Source of the DNA: a virus
Lineage: Duplodnaviria > Caudoviricetes
Virus record (IMG/VR): IMGVR_UViG_3300046694_000619
DNA length: 64,000 nt
Direction: 5' to 3' (one strand)
In this document: positions 1 through 9,805 of the stretch, piece after piece
Position numbering within the stretch: position 1 is the first letter of the stretch
Layout: the number at the start of each line of letters is the position of its first letter
Made by a program: the position numbers and the translations under genes
The notes under the pieces: model-generated
What the model saw: only the letters and a program-made list of their open reading frames with translations
What the model was told of the DNA's origin: nothing
Database searches by the model: none

Positions 1-78
1 TGCTAGGTTCTTTCGGTGACTTGTAGTATACTGCAAATTACGCGTACCTGCACGCGCTTTTTCGACCTTGGGGCCTTG

Positions 79-519
79 ATGTTAACTTTCATCGGTGCTG
101 TTGCTCAGCACATGTTTCGTGTCGTGACCTTCCGGCATCCGGGCACGGGGTTGCCGTCGACTCGTGGCGGTGCGCTCTACGTGCTGATGGTCATGTGGGC
201 GTTGAGCCGCATTGGCATCGACCTGACAACGCCTGAGGCGGAAGGCGGATTTGATGCGCTCAATTCCATCGCTTACGTCCTCGCATATATTGGTCTGACA
301 GCTGTGTTTCTCCGGCCGCCCGCAATCGCGTTGCTGATGCTGGTGAACACGTTCAGCAATTTGCTGGAAGCGGGAATTCGCCTTTGCGGCATAACCGAGC
401 CGGGTGTAGCCATCGCGCTCTACATCTGGACAGGTATCGCGCTTCTCCTCACGCTCAACCGTATCGTATCGAGCGCCATCCGCGCCAACCAGAAAAACCG
501 AACTCCCGAAAAGAACTGA
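79..519 (+). CDS. Hypothetical multi-pass membrane protein
   Basis: ORF 16..519, likely ATG at 79; about four hydrophobic segments. Confidence 0.6.
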   Translation: MLTFIGAVAQHMFRVVTFRHPGTGLPSTRGGALYVLMVMWALSRIGIDLTTPEAEGGFDALNSIAYVLAYIGLTAVFLRPPAIALLMLVNTFSNLLEAGIRLCGITEPGVAIALYIWTGIALLLTLNRIVSSAIRANQKNRTPEKN

Positions 520-521
520 CC

Positions 522-1196
522 ATGGACCAACAAAAACTCCTTGCTGCATTGACCGCCGCCCAAGGCGCGCTCGAACTGATTGCGGCGCGTCAACGCCCGG
601 ATGGTACCTACAATCGCGACCGTGAGGCCTGCGGAGTGCTCGCTCGCGACACGCTGAAGACGGTGACTGCGTTACTGAATCCATCCGCGGGAGCCGAAGC
701 AGAGTCAGGCGCAGAAGCACGGCCAGTAGGGCACTCCAGCGGAAGCTACATCGTCGTGTCCGATGGGTCCAGCCTTGGAAATCCGGGGGACTCTGGCTGG
801 GGCGTGGTATTGCTGGAGGGCGGTGATGTCAAATTCGCCGGAGGCGGGTATATCGGCGTGCAGACCAACCAGGTTGCCGAACTGACCGCGGCTATCGAAG
901 GCTTGTCGCGTGTACCGGAGGGCGCGCGCGTCGAACTCGTATCCGACAGTCAGTACACACTCAAAGGCCTGACCGAATGGCGCGCTGGCTGGGAGCGCAA
1001 CGGCTGGCGCACGGCATCCAAGGAGCCAGTCAAGAATCTGGAACTTTGGAAGCGGCTCTACTCGGTCGCCGACAAGCGCAAGGTCACTACGCGGTGGGTG
1101 AAGGGGCACGCAGGTGATGAGATGAACGAGCGCGCCGACGCGCTTGCGAGCAAAGCGGCCAAATCCCGTCAGCCGCTTGTACTCGAAGCTGCCTGA
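522..1196 (+). CDS. rnhA: Ribonuclease HI with ~75-aa N-terminal extension
   Basis: Motifs SDGSSLGNPG, TNQVAEL, SDSQY, WVKGHAG...NERAD; ATG at 522. Confidence 0.93.
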   Translation: MDQQKLLAALTAAQGALELIAARQRPDGTYNRDREACGVLARDTLKTVTALLNPSAGAEAESGAEARPVGHSSGSYIVVSDGSSLGNPGDSGWGVVLLEGGDVKFAGGGYIGVQTNQVAELTAAIEGLSRVPEGARVELVSDSQYTLKGLTEWRAGWERNGWRTASKEPVKNLELWKRLYSVADKRKVTTRWVKGHAGDEMNERADALASKAAKSRQPLVLEAA

Positions 1197-1225
1197 CGTC
1201 CAGGCGACGTGACCGTGACGCCGTG

Positions 1226-1250
1226 AAGCCGCCATCGAGGGGGCTTTTTT
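1226..1250 (+). terminator. Intrinsic terminator
   Basis: aagccgcc-atcga-gggggct followed by a T tract. Confidence 0.55.
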
Positions 1251-1366
1251 GTTTTCGGCGTTGATATACCATGAAAGTTGCATTATGACGTTTCTTTGAT
1301 ATACTAAGTCGGTCTCCCATCCACTGACTCACGTATCCGCGTCGGCCGCCGGCCCGCAACCAAGGA

Positions 1367-2191
1367 ATGCTCATGAAGAAAACCCTTTTCGCCATCATGG
1401 CGCTGATGGCTGCCAGCTCGGCTATGGCTGTCACTTCGAACAACCCGTTCACGCGCGACATCCCGGAGCCGGTTCCCGCGCTGCCGTCGCCGTACACCTT
1501 CGAGCTTGGCCTGACGTCGCACCACGAAACCTACCGCGAGTACGGCGAGGACGGACGGCACATCATGCAGGAAGAAGCCTGGTTCACGGGCGTAAAGGGC
1601 GGCGTCACCCGCACCATCGGCGATACCGGCGGCTCGGTTGTGTTGACGGGCGAATACGCGCTCGGCAAGTCAAACTACACTGGCTCCTACATCGGCGGCA
1701 GCTACGGCGACCTGTCGATTCACAACCTGGACCGCAGCCTGCTTGAAGTGACGGCGATGTACAAGCAGACCGCGCCGCTCTGGAATGGTCTGTCGGCCGG
1801 CCTCGGAATTGGTTATCGCCGCCTGGTCGACGACCTCGAGGGTTTCGACGGTGGCTACAAGCGTACCAACGACCGGCTCTACCTGACCGTCGCGCTCGAG
1901 CAGTCGTTCAAGCTCAAGAACTGGACCATCACTCCGGGCGTGCAGTATGACCGAATCATCATGGGTAAGGCTAAGTCCGACCTGCTCGGTGGCGTCACGG
2001 TGAACCAGAACAACGGCTACGGCGCGAAGGGTTCGATTGTCATCACGCACAAGGACCGCTTCAATACGACCGTGGAGCCGTACTTCCGCTACTGGGACGT
2101 CAAGGCGTCCAACGTCGACGCTGCAACGGGCCTGTACGAGCCGCGCAACAAGACGACGGAAATCGGTCTCAACGTGACGTTCAAGTTCTGA
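1367..2191 (+). CDS. Outer-membrane beta-barrel protein
   Basis: Signal peptide (MKKTLFAIMALMAASSAMA), alternating beta-strand pattern, C-terminal ...GLNVTFKF beta-signal. Confidence 0.75.
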   Translation: MLMKKTLFAIMALMAASSAMAVTSNNPFTRDIPEPVPALPSPYTFELGLTSHHETYREYGEDGRHIMQEEAWFTGVKGGVTRTIGDTGGSVVLTGEYALGKSNYTGSYIGGSYGDLSIHNLDRSLLEVTAMYKQTAPLWNGLSAGLGIGYRRLVDDLEGFDGGYKRTNDRLYLTVALEQSFKLKNWTITPGVQYDRIIMGKAKSDLLGGVTVNQNNGYGAKGSIVITHKDRFNTTVEPYFRYWDVKASNVDAATGLYEPRNKTTEIGLNVTFKF

Positions 2192-2243
2192 CACCTCTTC
2201 GCTGTCTAAAAGGAGCGCCGCCCGCAAAGCGGCGCGGAAACCC

Positions 2244-2564
2244 ATGATTTCAGGCTCCCTGTTTTTCATCCTCATGCTGCTTGCTGCGGGCGCCATGCTG
2301 AAGCTGTCTGAACGATTGCTGGTGCTGTTTCTCGGCGGCGCATGCCTGCTTGTGTTGATACCAACAGGCATCTTCATTGCCGAAAGCCAGAGCTGGCGTG
2401 AGCACGTCCTGAACAACACCACTACCGTCGGCCTGGTGCTCATAACGCTTGTCGCCATTGGCTCGATAGGCGCGCTCGCCTGCGCGCTGTCGGCGGTATT
2501 GCGGGTGCTCATCGCAACCGTTCGTGCACTTCGCTCAAAGAAGGGAAGGCAACAAATTGCTTGA
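2244..2564 (+). CDS. Small membrane protein
   Basis: Three hydrophobic helices. Confidence 0.6.
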   Translation: MISGSLFFILMLLAAGAMLKLSERLLVLFLGGACLLVLIPTGIFIAESQSWREHVLNNTTTVGLVLITLVAIGSIGALACALSAVLRVLIATVRALRSKKGRQQIA

Positions 2565-2589
2565 CACAATGTGATTGTCAAGCTATACT
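2561..2589 (+). promoter_or_regulatory. Sigma70 promoter of the tmRNA gene
   Basis: TTGACA (2561-2566), 17-nt spacer, TATACT (2584-2589). Confidence 0.85.
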
Positions 2590-2590
2590 A

Positions 2591-2855
2591 GCATTCATCG
2601 TTGTAATTCCTCTGGAATTGAAATTCGGCGGAAAAGGGTTCGACTCCCTTCACCTCCACCAAATGCGCATTTGTCAAGTACGTATTTGATGGGGGTGCCC
2701 AGGTTTCGACGTCGTGCGGAGATGAAGGCGGCAACGCGGGCAGGCGACTTCCCGGTGAGCTTCGGCTTGCGAACAGAGCAAAATCGTTAAATGCAAACGA
2801 TGAATCGTACCTGATGGTCGCTTGACCGTCCGGGGCCGCGCCTGCCCTGTGAAAT
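2591..2855 (+). ncRNA. ssrA: Circularly permuted (two-piece) tmRNA
   Basis: T-arm and acceptor 3' half (GGGTTCGACTCCCTTCACCTCCACCA, ends 2661) lies upstream of the 5' half (GGGGGTG...TTCGAC, starts 2691). The 7-bp acceptor stem has G3-U70. Tag frame 2793-2825 encodes ANDESYLMVA*. Ends are approximate. Confidence 0.9.
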
Positions 2856-2864
2856 AAATGCGTG

Positions 2865-2899
2865 GAAACCCAGGCCTCGCGGTCTGGGTTTTTCTTTTT
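2865..2899 (+). terminator. Intrinsic terminator after tmRNA
   Basis: gaaacccaggcc-tcgc-ggtctgggtttt plus T tract. Confidence 0.8.
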
Positions 2900-2939
2900 G
2901 AGCTATACCATGTGTCCTAGCCCCGTTGCCCAAAAGACC

Positions 2940-4955
2940 ATGCTGTTCAAGAACAAGATTTCAATCGCGGTTGCTTCCGCGCTGTTGCTGGCCGCCGGTC
3001 ACGCTATCGCGTCCGACTATTATGTCGTTGTGCCTGTCCCGAACCATACGGCGGATTCATCGGCCATCAACGTGACACTGGGCGGGGCGTCGCTACCGGC
3101 AGGGCAGGTCGGAATGCCGTATCAAGGCTTCGACCTCAAACCGTTGCTCTCGGTCACAGGTGACGCGACCTACACGGGTTATGGCGTGCGATGGAGCATC
3201 GCTTCTGGAAGCCTGCCCGCTGGGCTCACGCTCAACAGCAACGGCACCATCAGCGGCACCCCGGCCGCGGGCGGCACGTTCTCGTTTCAGGTGCTGGCCG
3301 CCTATAAGACGAAGGCCGGCCAGCAGGCGTATCAGATTCTCGTTGCCGACATCAAGGTCTCGCTCGATGCGGCTTCGCCGCCACAAGCCGTTGTGGGCGC
3401 TGCATACAGCTATGACCTGCGGCCGCTGCTGTCGGTCACAGGCGATGGCGCATACACGGGCCAGAACGTCACGTGGTCGATGGTCTCCAGTTCGCTGCCC
3501 GCGGGCCTGTATCTCACCTCCGATGGTTTCATCGGTGGCACGCCGAGCACCTCTGGAACTGGAAGCCTTACCGCGCGCGCGACGTACAGAAATAGCAGTG
3601 GCCAACAGACTTACCAGGTGGTGTCTGTCTACAGCATCAGCGTGGTGTTGGGCTCGAGCACGCCGACCCAGGCGATTGTCGGCCAGGCGTACACGTTCGA
3701 CGCGAAGCCTTTGCTGACCGTCACAGGCGACCCCGCATACACTGGAGACGGTGTGACGTGGGGCATCGCGTCTGGCAGCCTGCCAGCAGGGCTGTCTCTG
3801 TCGGCAAACGGCGTCATCACCGGGACACCGACCGCGGCAAGTAGTGGGCCGGTCACCCTGCAGGCGACGTATCGCGGCACCAATGGTCAGCAGACGTACC
3901 AGCTGGTCTCGCTCAACATCGTCGTCAACCTGGGGACGGCCACACTGCCGCTCGCCAACGTCGGCGCAAGCTACTCGTACGACTTCAAGCCCCTTCTTGG
4001 CGTAACAGGGGACTCGAGCTATGCCGTATCGGCGGTGCAATTCCACGCAGGCGCGCTCCCTCCCGGACTCAGCCTGAACGCGACAGGCGTGCTTTCGGGC
4101 ACGCCCACCGTGACTGCGTCTGCACAGAGTTTCTCGGTCGTGGCCGACTATCGCGGGCAGGATGGCACACAGCAGTACGCCATCACCGTAAACCCGGCGT
4201 TCTTTAATTTCAGCCCGACGATTGCAGCCTCTACGGCCAACTATAACCTCTACAACGCTGCGCGAGCCGCCGGCTGGGACGGCGTGGCGCCGCTGAAGGC
4301 GACGGTGACCGTCAACGCCGGTGTCTACGTTGGCGGCTCGTCGACGGGGAGCTACGCGTTCTCGACGGGTACGGGTTTTCCGGCACAGACCAGCCTCAAT
4401 CTGATTAACAACGGTGTCATCGTCGGCAAGGGCGGCGATGGCGGCAGCTGGGGCTTCGGCGGTGGCAATGGCGGCCCGGCTATGCTGGCGCAGTACCCAA
4501 TCAAGGTAACCAACAACGGCACCATCGCGGGTGGCGGTGGGGGCGGTGGCGGCTCCAACCGTGCGACGGTCGCCAACGTGCTGGCAGGCGGCGCGGGTGG
4601 CGGAGGCGGGCAGGGCTATGGAACCTCGGCTGGAGGAGCCGCGGACCCGGCTTTTTCGGGCACGCAATACCCGCAAGGACAACCGGGCTTGACTGGCAAT
4701 ATCACCACGCCGGGACTGGGCGGTACCGGTACTCAATCCGGCATGTTCCCAAACCAGTTTCAGGCGCCTTGGTATGCAATTTCGGGCAACGGAGGCAACG
4801 GCGGACTACTCGGGCAGGCGGGTGCTGCGTCGACGGCCGGACAGTGGGTGCCTAACGTCGGTAGCCTTTCAGGCGGTGCAGCGGGCTATTCCGTCGTCGG
4901 AGCGGCCAACGTAACCTGGTCGGCGACGGGCTCCGTGCTCGGTCCACGACAGTAA
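2940..4955 (+). CDS. Secreted putative-Ig (He_PIG-like) repeat protein with Gly-rich C-terminal domain (paralogue 1)
   Basis: Signal peptide, SDYYVVVPVPN, four LP(A/P)GL...G.TP repeats, Gly-rich tail. Confidence 0.8.
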   Translation: MLFKNKISIAVASALLLAAGHAIASDYYVVVPVPNHTADSSAINVTLGGASLPAGQVGMPYQGFDLKPLLSVTGDATYTGYGVRWSIASGSLPAGLTLNSNGTISGTPAAGGTFSFQVLAAYKTKAGQQAYQILVADIKVSLDAASPPQAVVGAAYSYDLRPLLSVTGDGAYTGQNVTWSMVSSSLPAGLYLTSDGFIGGTPSTSGTGSLTARATYRNSSGQQTYQVVSVYSISVVLGSSTPTQAIVGQAYTFDAKPLLTVTGDPAYTGDGVTWGIASGSLPAGLSLSANGVITGTPTAASSGPVTLQATYRGTNGQQTYQLVSLNIVVNLGTATLPLANVGASYSYDFKPLLGVTGDSSYAVSAVQFHAGALPPGLSLNATGVLSGTPTVTASAQSFSVVADYRGQDGTQQYAITVNPAFFNFSPTIAASTANYNLYNAARAAGWDGVAPLKATVTVNAGVYVGGSSTGSYAFSTGTGFPAQTSLNLINNGVIVGKGGDGGSWGFGGGNGGPAMLAQYPIKVTNNGTIAGGGGGGGGSNRATVANVLAGGAGGGGGQGYGTSAGGAADPAFSGTQYPQGQPGLTGNITTPGLGGTGTQSGMFPNQFQAPWYAISGNGGNGGLLGQAGAASTAGQWVPNVGSLSGGAAGYSVVGAANVTWSATGSVLGPRQ

Positions 4956-4976
4956 CCAACAATCGGGTTCTCTATC

Positions 4977-5249
4977 ATGATTGTCTGCGTGTGCAAGTCC
5001 GTATCTGACCGCCATATCCACGCAGCCATCCGGGATGGTGCCCAGTCGCTCGAAGAGTTGCAGTTCGAACTGGGTGTCGCGCTAGGTTGCGGCAAGTGTG
5101 AGAGCCATGTACGCGGGCTGCTGGATGAGCCCAGCCGGTGTCCCGCCGAATGCAAAGAAAAAGAGCCCTGGATTCGGATGAACCAGGGCTCTTTGAGTGT
5201 CGAGCTGCATCAGGCGCGGACACACGGTCCGTCCTGCTTTCCCTCCTGA
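4977..5249 (+). CDS. bfd: Bacterioferritin-associated ferredoxin-like [2Fe-2S] protein
   Basis: MIVCVC...GCGKC signature. Confidence 0.85.
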   Translation: MIVCVCKSVSDRHIHAAIRDGAQSLEELQFELGVALGCGKCESHVRGLLDEPSRCPAECKEKEPWIRMNQGSLSVELHQARTHGPSCFPS

Positions 5250-6278
5250 TTAGTCGGTTTCGCCATAGCGCGCCTTACGAGCTGCGCAAATCTCGTCTGC
5301 GGCGCCGGCAACGAAATCGGCATATCGCCTGCCAGTCACGTTGTCGTAGTCTTGCCCCGCGTACATGACAGGTTCGTACGCCACCCGCAGCATCCCCAGC
5401 CCGCGCGCCGCATACAGAAGCGACAATGGCGCCTCGCAAACCTCGATAAAGTGCGACACACACCGTCCGCCGTCGACCACTGCATCCACCGCCGCATCGA
5501 AGCGCCGGCGGAATAGCCACGTGATGGCATGCGTCTCGTCGCTCGACATTCGCATGCGCAAATGTTCGCGGAACGAGTCCTTACGAACAAAGCGCTTCAT
5601 GTCGTCTTCAACATCCGCCAGCTCCTCGGCGAGCTCAGCAAATGCCCGCGTGAAGTACACCTCGCGTGCAAAGGAACCATCCTCCGGGGTGGATTCAGCC
5701 AAGACAACCAGGCGGTTGAAGCTGACTTCGTGCATGACTGCAAGCTGCAACGGCCGCAACACCTGGCTGCCATTCGCGACAAACACGCGGTCTTCATTGA
5801 TTGCTTCCTCCAGCTCGTCCCATAGCGCGGTGGCTTCCTCAAAATCGAGGTGCTCGGGCGCGATGCTGTCAAGAAAATGCGTCTGTGCAGACAGCCGGGC
5901 GTGAAGCTTGGGAGCATGCTCCGCGGTGAGTGCCTTGAAGTCGAAAGCCTTATCGCGTTCGTCGGCCAGAGAGGTCGCCGCGCGATGAAACATCCCATTG
6001 TAGAACTCAGCCAGAATGGCTCTGTTCTCGGGCGTCTCGTCGAACGTGAACGTGCTGCAGTCCGAATACACTCCGCTGAGCAGCGCAGTCATCGCTCGCC
6101 AGTGACAGTCAGGGCTGCTCGCGGCGTTTCGAATTCCATACAGCTCTTGCTCCGTGTCGCCGAAAACCAGCTTGGCCGGCCGGAATGTCGAACGCTGGAG
6201 GATGACTGCGACACGGCACCGCTCGTTTTCGGCGATGACTTGACCGCTAACAAAACATTTGACGTTAAAAGAACCCAT
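5250..6278 (-). CDS. Hypothetical protein
   Basis: 342-aa ORF with GGAGG RBS. Confidence 0.7.
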   Translation of the reverse strand: MGSFNVKCFVSGQVIAENERCRVAVILQRSTFRPAKLVFGDTEQELYGIRNAASSPDCHWRAMTALLSGVYSDCSTFTFDETPENRAILAEFYNGMFHRAATSLADERDKAFDFKALTAEHAPKLHARLSAQTHFLDSIAPEHLDFEEATALWDELEEAINEDRVFVANGSQVLRPLQLAVMHEVSFNRLVVLAESTPEDGSFAREVYFTRAFAELAEELADVEDDMKRFVRKDSFREHLRMRMSSDETHAITWLFRRRFDAAVDAVVDGGRCVSHFIEVCEAPLSLLYAARGLGMLRVAYEPVMYAGQDYDNVTGRRYADFVAGAADEICAARKARYGETD

Positions 6279-6412
6279 GATTTACCTCCGAAAAGTGGTT
6301 TGAGCCTGTCCACGTATAGCGCCGGACATAGGCAGGCCCGCAAGCGTGTGCGGCGGTCAGGGCCGAAAGAAACAGCCTGGACTCGAGGGACCAGGCTGCT
6401 GAGGGTGAGGCT

Positions 6413-6679
6413 TTACTGCGCGGCGGGGACGTCGTAGGACAGCGGGACGCGCTGTCCCATGTTCCAGCACGAAAGCACCAGATGGTCCGGCTGCGGCGGC
6501 TTCAACAGACTGCGATGACGCACGATGTACCAGCCCGAATGCGTATGGCATTCGCCAGTCAGCATATTGCGGTGCTGGCGGGTCCAGGCGTCGAGCTCGG
6601 TCGAGCCAAAGACGAACTTCGGGGTTGCGGGGTCGTTCGCGAGTTCCAGAATGCGTGTGGGGGTCATGACCTTATCCAT
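6413..6679 (-). CDS. Hypothetical protein
   Basis: AAGGA RBS upstream of ATG at 6679. Confidence 0.5.
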   Translation of the reverse strand: MDKVMTPTRILELANDPATPKFVFGSTELDAWTRQHRNMLTGECHTHSGWYIVRHRSLLKPPQPDHLVLSCWNMGQRVPLSYDVPAAQ

Positions 6680-6823
6680 GGTTGATTGTCCTTTTCGGGT
6701 GTGCCACGTGAAGGTATAGGCTCCCAAAAAGTAGCGAAAGTCGTCCGCGTCATTCGCTTAATTACCGTTTTGTGGTATACTATGTATTCTTCCCCAGTAA
6801 CAGTGCTACCACACAGGAGTATC

Positions 6824-7156
6824 ATGGCACGCGTAACCGCATACGAAGCAAGCGACGGCACCCTTCTCCGTGACCGCAAAGAGTATCTGCGCCACGAAAG
6901 CAATCTGCTCGTCGCAAAAAAGCTGCAACCCATCATCGAAGCACAGGCCGGCGACACGTCGAAGGCCGGTGAAATTCTGAACTTCATCGTCAAGGGCATC
7001 GGCCTGAACACGCTGCGCGACCTGTTCGCCATTCAGTTCAAGCCGGGCGCAGAAGACGGCGACGGCGAAAACGCAGGCGGTGCGCCGGCCGCAGAAGCCG
7101 GTGCGCCGGCCGAAGCTGGTGCCGCGGCAGCCGCTGACGCAGGCGGCGACATCTAA
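6824..7156 (+). CDS. Hypothetical protein with acidic Ala/Gly-rich repetitive tail
   Basis: AGGAG RBS, ATG at 6824, AGAPA(A)E repeats; directly upstream of smpB. Confidence 0.7.
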   Translation: MARVTAYEASDGTLLRDRKEYLRHESNLLVAKKLQPIIEAQAGDTSKAGEILNFIVKGIGLNTLRDLFAIQFKPGAEDGDGENAGGAPAAEAGAPAEAGAAAAADAGGDI

Positions 7157-7178
7157 ACGGACAACACGAGGAAAAACC

Positions 7179-7637
7179 ATGACTACCGTGCTCGAAAACC
7201 GCCAGGCTCGCCATCTCTATCACATCGAAGAGAGCCTGGAAGCTGGTCTGGTGCTCGAAGGCTGGGAAGTCAAGGCTATCCTCGCCGGGCGCGCCAACTT
7301 CAACGGAGGCGGCGCGTTTATTCGATTTGCGGGCGGCGAGGCATGGCTCGAATCCATGACCATCACGCCGCTCCCGACGTCGAACCACGGTCTGCTGGTA
7401 GAGACCAACCCGACTCGCGCGCGCAAGCTGCTGTTGCGCCGCGCCGAGTTGACCAAGCTCTCGCGCAAGGTCGCCGAGCGCGGCTATACCGTGGTTCCGC
7501 TCGAGGTTTCGCGCGACCGCAAGCTCAAACTCCGCATTGGCCTGGCCAAAGGCAAGAACGTTGCGGACAAGCGCCAGACGTTGCGCGACCGTGACATGAC
7601 TCGCGAAGTTCAGCGGGAGCTGGCTGGCCGTGGCTGA
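7179..7637 (+). CDS. smpB: SsrA-binding protein SmpB
   Basis: NRQARHLY..EAGLVLEGWEVKA, RKLLL, GYTVVPL, GLAKGK...DKR motifs. Confidence 0.95.
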   Translation: MTTVLENRQARHLYHIEESLEAGLVLEGWEVKAILAGRANFNGGGAFIRFAGGEAWLESMTITPLPTSNHGLLVETNPTRARKLLLRRAELTKLSRKVAERGYTVVPLEVSRDRKLKLRIGLAKGKNVADKRQTLRDRDMTREVQRELAGRG

Positions 7638-8052
7638 CATGTACGTCCCGCGCCGGCGCTCGCCCGGCCGCACGGCGCTTAACTTCATCAAATCGGCGCT
7701 GACTGTCGTGGTAACGCTCGCGACTATCCCGATGGTCATTGCCGTCGGCATGACGCCGAAATGCTCCGAGCAGGCGACACGCTATGTCGTCGTGCCGTCG
7801 GACGTCCACGGCAAGCTCGAGTACTGCATCGCCGAGTCGCATCTGGGCCGGTACACGCCGGACGGTTCGATATGGCGAAATGTCGTGCAGCCCGACGCCA
7901 TTTGCTCTCAGGCAAAACCGGAGTTGGTGCAGCGGGCCGCGAAGATGACCCAGACGTCCGCGCAGGCCAAGGATGCATGCGATACCCGCGCGCTTCATGC
8001 GACTTACGACACGTTCGTCGCACCTGTCGTTCGGTGGTTTCATCGTGCATAA
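7630..8052 (+). CDS. Membrane-anchored hypothetical protein
   Basis: N-terminal TM helix, four Cys; overlaps the smpB stop. Confidence 0.55.
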   Translation: MADMYVPRRRSPGRTALNFIKSALTVVVTLATIPMVIAVGMTPKCSEQATRYVVVPSDVHGKLEYCIAESHLGRYTPDGSIWRNVVQPDAICSQAKPELVQRAAKMTQTSAQAKDACDTRALHATYDTFVAPVVRWFHRA

Positions 8053-8162
8053 TTCAATGCTATACTAGCGATATGAACTGACATCTATCTCCTTCTGGAC
8101 TTACACGAACTTAAAGCCTCTGGGCCATCCAGGGGTTCGTGCGCCCATTCGAAGGAGATTCC

Positions 8163-8444
8163 ATGCGCTACATCCGTCTGTCCAACGCAGCCGTCGCCAT
8201 CAGCGACGAGCAACCCATCAGCACCCCCAAGGCTCCGCGCGAGCCGTTACTCCCGACCGAGACGTACTGGGCCCGCAATGTGATGCGGGGAAAACTCGGC
8301 ACGTACATCGCCATCCGCGTGAGCGGCGAGCAGATGTGGGTCGGAGTTCGAGACACCAACGCCCTGGCCTGGGTCAAGGCCGACAAGGCGCTCTCGACGA
8401 GCGAAGCGCAAGCCTGGTTCAAGCGGGCAGGGTTCTCCCGCTGA
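8163..8444 (+). CDS. Hypothetical protein
   Basis: AAGGAG RBS; terminator hairpin at 8448-8478 follows. Confidence 0.6.
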   Translation: MRYIRLSNAAVAISDEQPISTPKAPREPLLPTETYWARNVMRGKLGTYIAIRVSGEQMWVGVRDTNALAWVKADKALSTSEAQAWFKRAGFSR

Positions 8445-8531
8445 CGCAAAAGCCGCCTCCCTGAAGGCGGCTTTTTTGTTGCTTATAACGTTATTAAACG
8501 ATATAATACACTATCTCTTTCGCACGTTATC

Positions 8532-9155
8532 ATGGCTAAAACCACTTTCGAACAGGACCTGATTTCCTTGGTCACGTCGCTCATTCATTTGCGCTTCATC
8601 GGCGAAGAGCTTCATAAAAAGCCGTTTGCGATTCCGCGAATGGAAGCTGCGCTGCACAATTCGATTAATGCCTTTCAAGACCTGAGCGTGTCGTTCGAGC
8701 GCGTCGAAGAAACGATGCAGCAGGATGCGCAGCCCTACATTGCGCAATGGCTTGCCGCGCGCCGCCTGCAAATTGGCGGAGGAGCGGCATTTGAAGGCAG
8801 GAACGGCTCGAATATCGCCCGGATTCGTGGACGTCTGTCGGTCGCACAGCTTCATCCGCGGATGCATGCAGGCAAGCGGTACGTCGAGCTGATTCTGGAT
8901 GACTTGAGCTTTTCCGTCGACACAAACTCTCAGTACGAGCTATTCGAGACATTCACTGCGCAACAGTTGTCTGCGGTACTGGGCAATACAACTGTGCGCC
9001 GCCTCCCTGTCACAAAAAGCGAGACCCGATTCCAATTTCGCACTGCTCCGGCGGACGCCGATATTGACCGCTATGTGGCACGCGTTCTTCTACCCATCAA
9101 GCAGGCGGACATTAAAGCGCTGGCGCTCGGTATCTGGCATTTCCGTCAGGTCTGA
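8532..9155 (+). CDS. Hypothetical protein (paralogue of the next gene)
   Basis: N-terminal half aligns by eye with 9206..9805. Confidence 0.65.
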   Translation: MAKTTFEQDLISLVTSLIHLRFIGEELHKKPFAIPRMEAALHNSINAFQDLSVSFERVEETMQQDAQPYIAQWLAARRLQIGGGAAFEGRNGSNIARIRGRLSVAQLHPRMHAGKRYVELILDDLSFSVDTNSQYELFETFTAQQLSAVLGNTTVRRLPVTKSETRFQFRTAPADADIDRYVARVLLPIKQADIKALALGIWHFRQV

Positions 9156-9205
9156 CGCGGCTATCCGTACATGACCGATTTGGTTCGGTGACGAGGACAC
9201 ATCAA

Positions 9206-9805
9206 ATGGCAACCAAGGCTAACAAGCTCGAATCCACGCTGGTTTCAATGACAGGCTCGGTCATCTATCTGCACGACCTGTCGAAAACACTGGAGAAGAA
9301 ACCGATTGTCCCGCAGTCGGTCACAGAACTCATGCCGGAGACCCAGGCGCAGGTGGCGTCGTTGAAGTCACATTTCGAACGTTCGCTGGCCGTGGTGCGC
9401 AAAGAGGCTCAGCCCTTCCTCGACGAATGGCTGGCGCAACAAAGTCTACTGGTCGGCGGTGTGTTTCGGGGTAGCACGCGTGGTCGCACGTTTGGTCACT
9501 TCGACACGTTGACCGTTGAAGGCGGCATCGAGCACGCCCAGCTCCATCGTTATCTCATCGACGGGACGCGAACCGTGGATTTCACGCTCATTGGAGCGCG
9601 GCTGGGATTACCGGACGGCAGTGTAGTCAACTGCGTGAACGACGTTCCGACGACGCGTTGGCATTTCAATCTCACCGCGTTGCACGATGTCGTGGCAAAG
9701 GACCCGGCATCGGGTGCCGAGGCACGCACGGTGCACGTGCGCGTTCCGCTCCAGGGTCTCATGCGGGACCGGTGGGCGCGTGATGGCGAACTCGAACTGA
9801 CGTAA
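9206..9805 (+). CDS. Hypothetical protein (paralogue of the previous gene)
   Basis: GAGGA RBS; EAQPFLDEWLAQQSLLVGG vs DAQPYIAQWLAARRLQIGG. Confidence 0.65.
   Translation: MATKANKLESTLVSMTGSVIYLHDLSKTLEKKPIVPQSVTELMPETQAQVASLKSHFERSLAVVRKEAQPFLDEWLAQQSLLVGGVFRGSTRGRTFGHFDTLTVEGGIEHAQLHRYLIDGTRTVDFTLIGARLGLPDGSVVNCVNDVPTTRWHFNLTALHDVVAKDPASGAEARTVHVRVPLQGLMRDRWARDGELELT

Noticed and set aside
2630-2661. tRNA-like 3' end read as an attL/attR remnant or a partial tRNA
   Set aside because: It pairs exactly with the downstream GGGGGTG, sits right behind a promoter and has no integrase nearby, so a permuted tmRNA explains it better.
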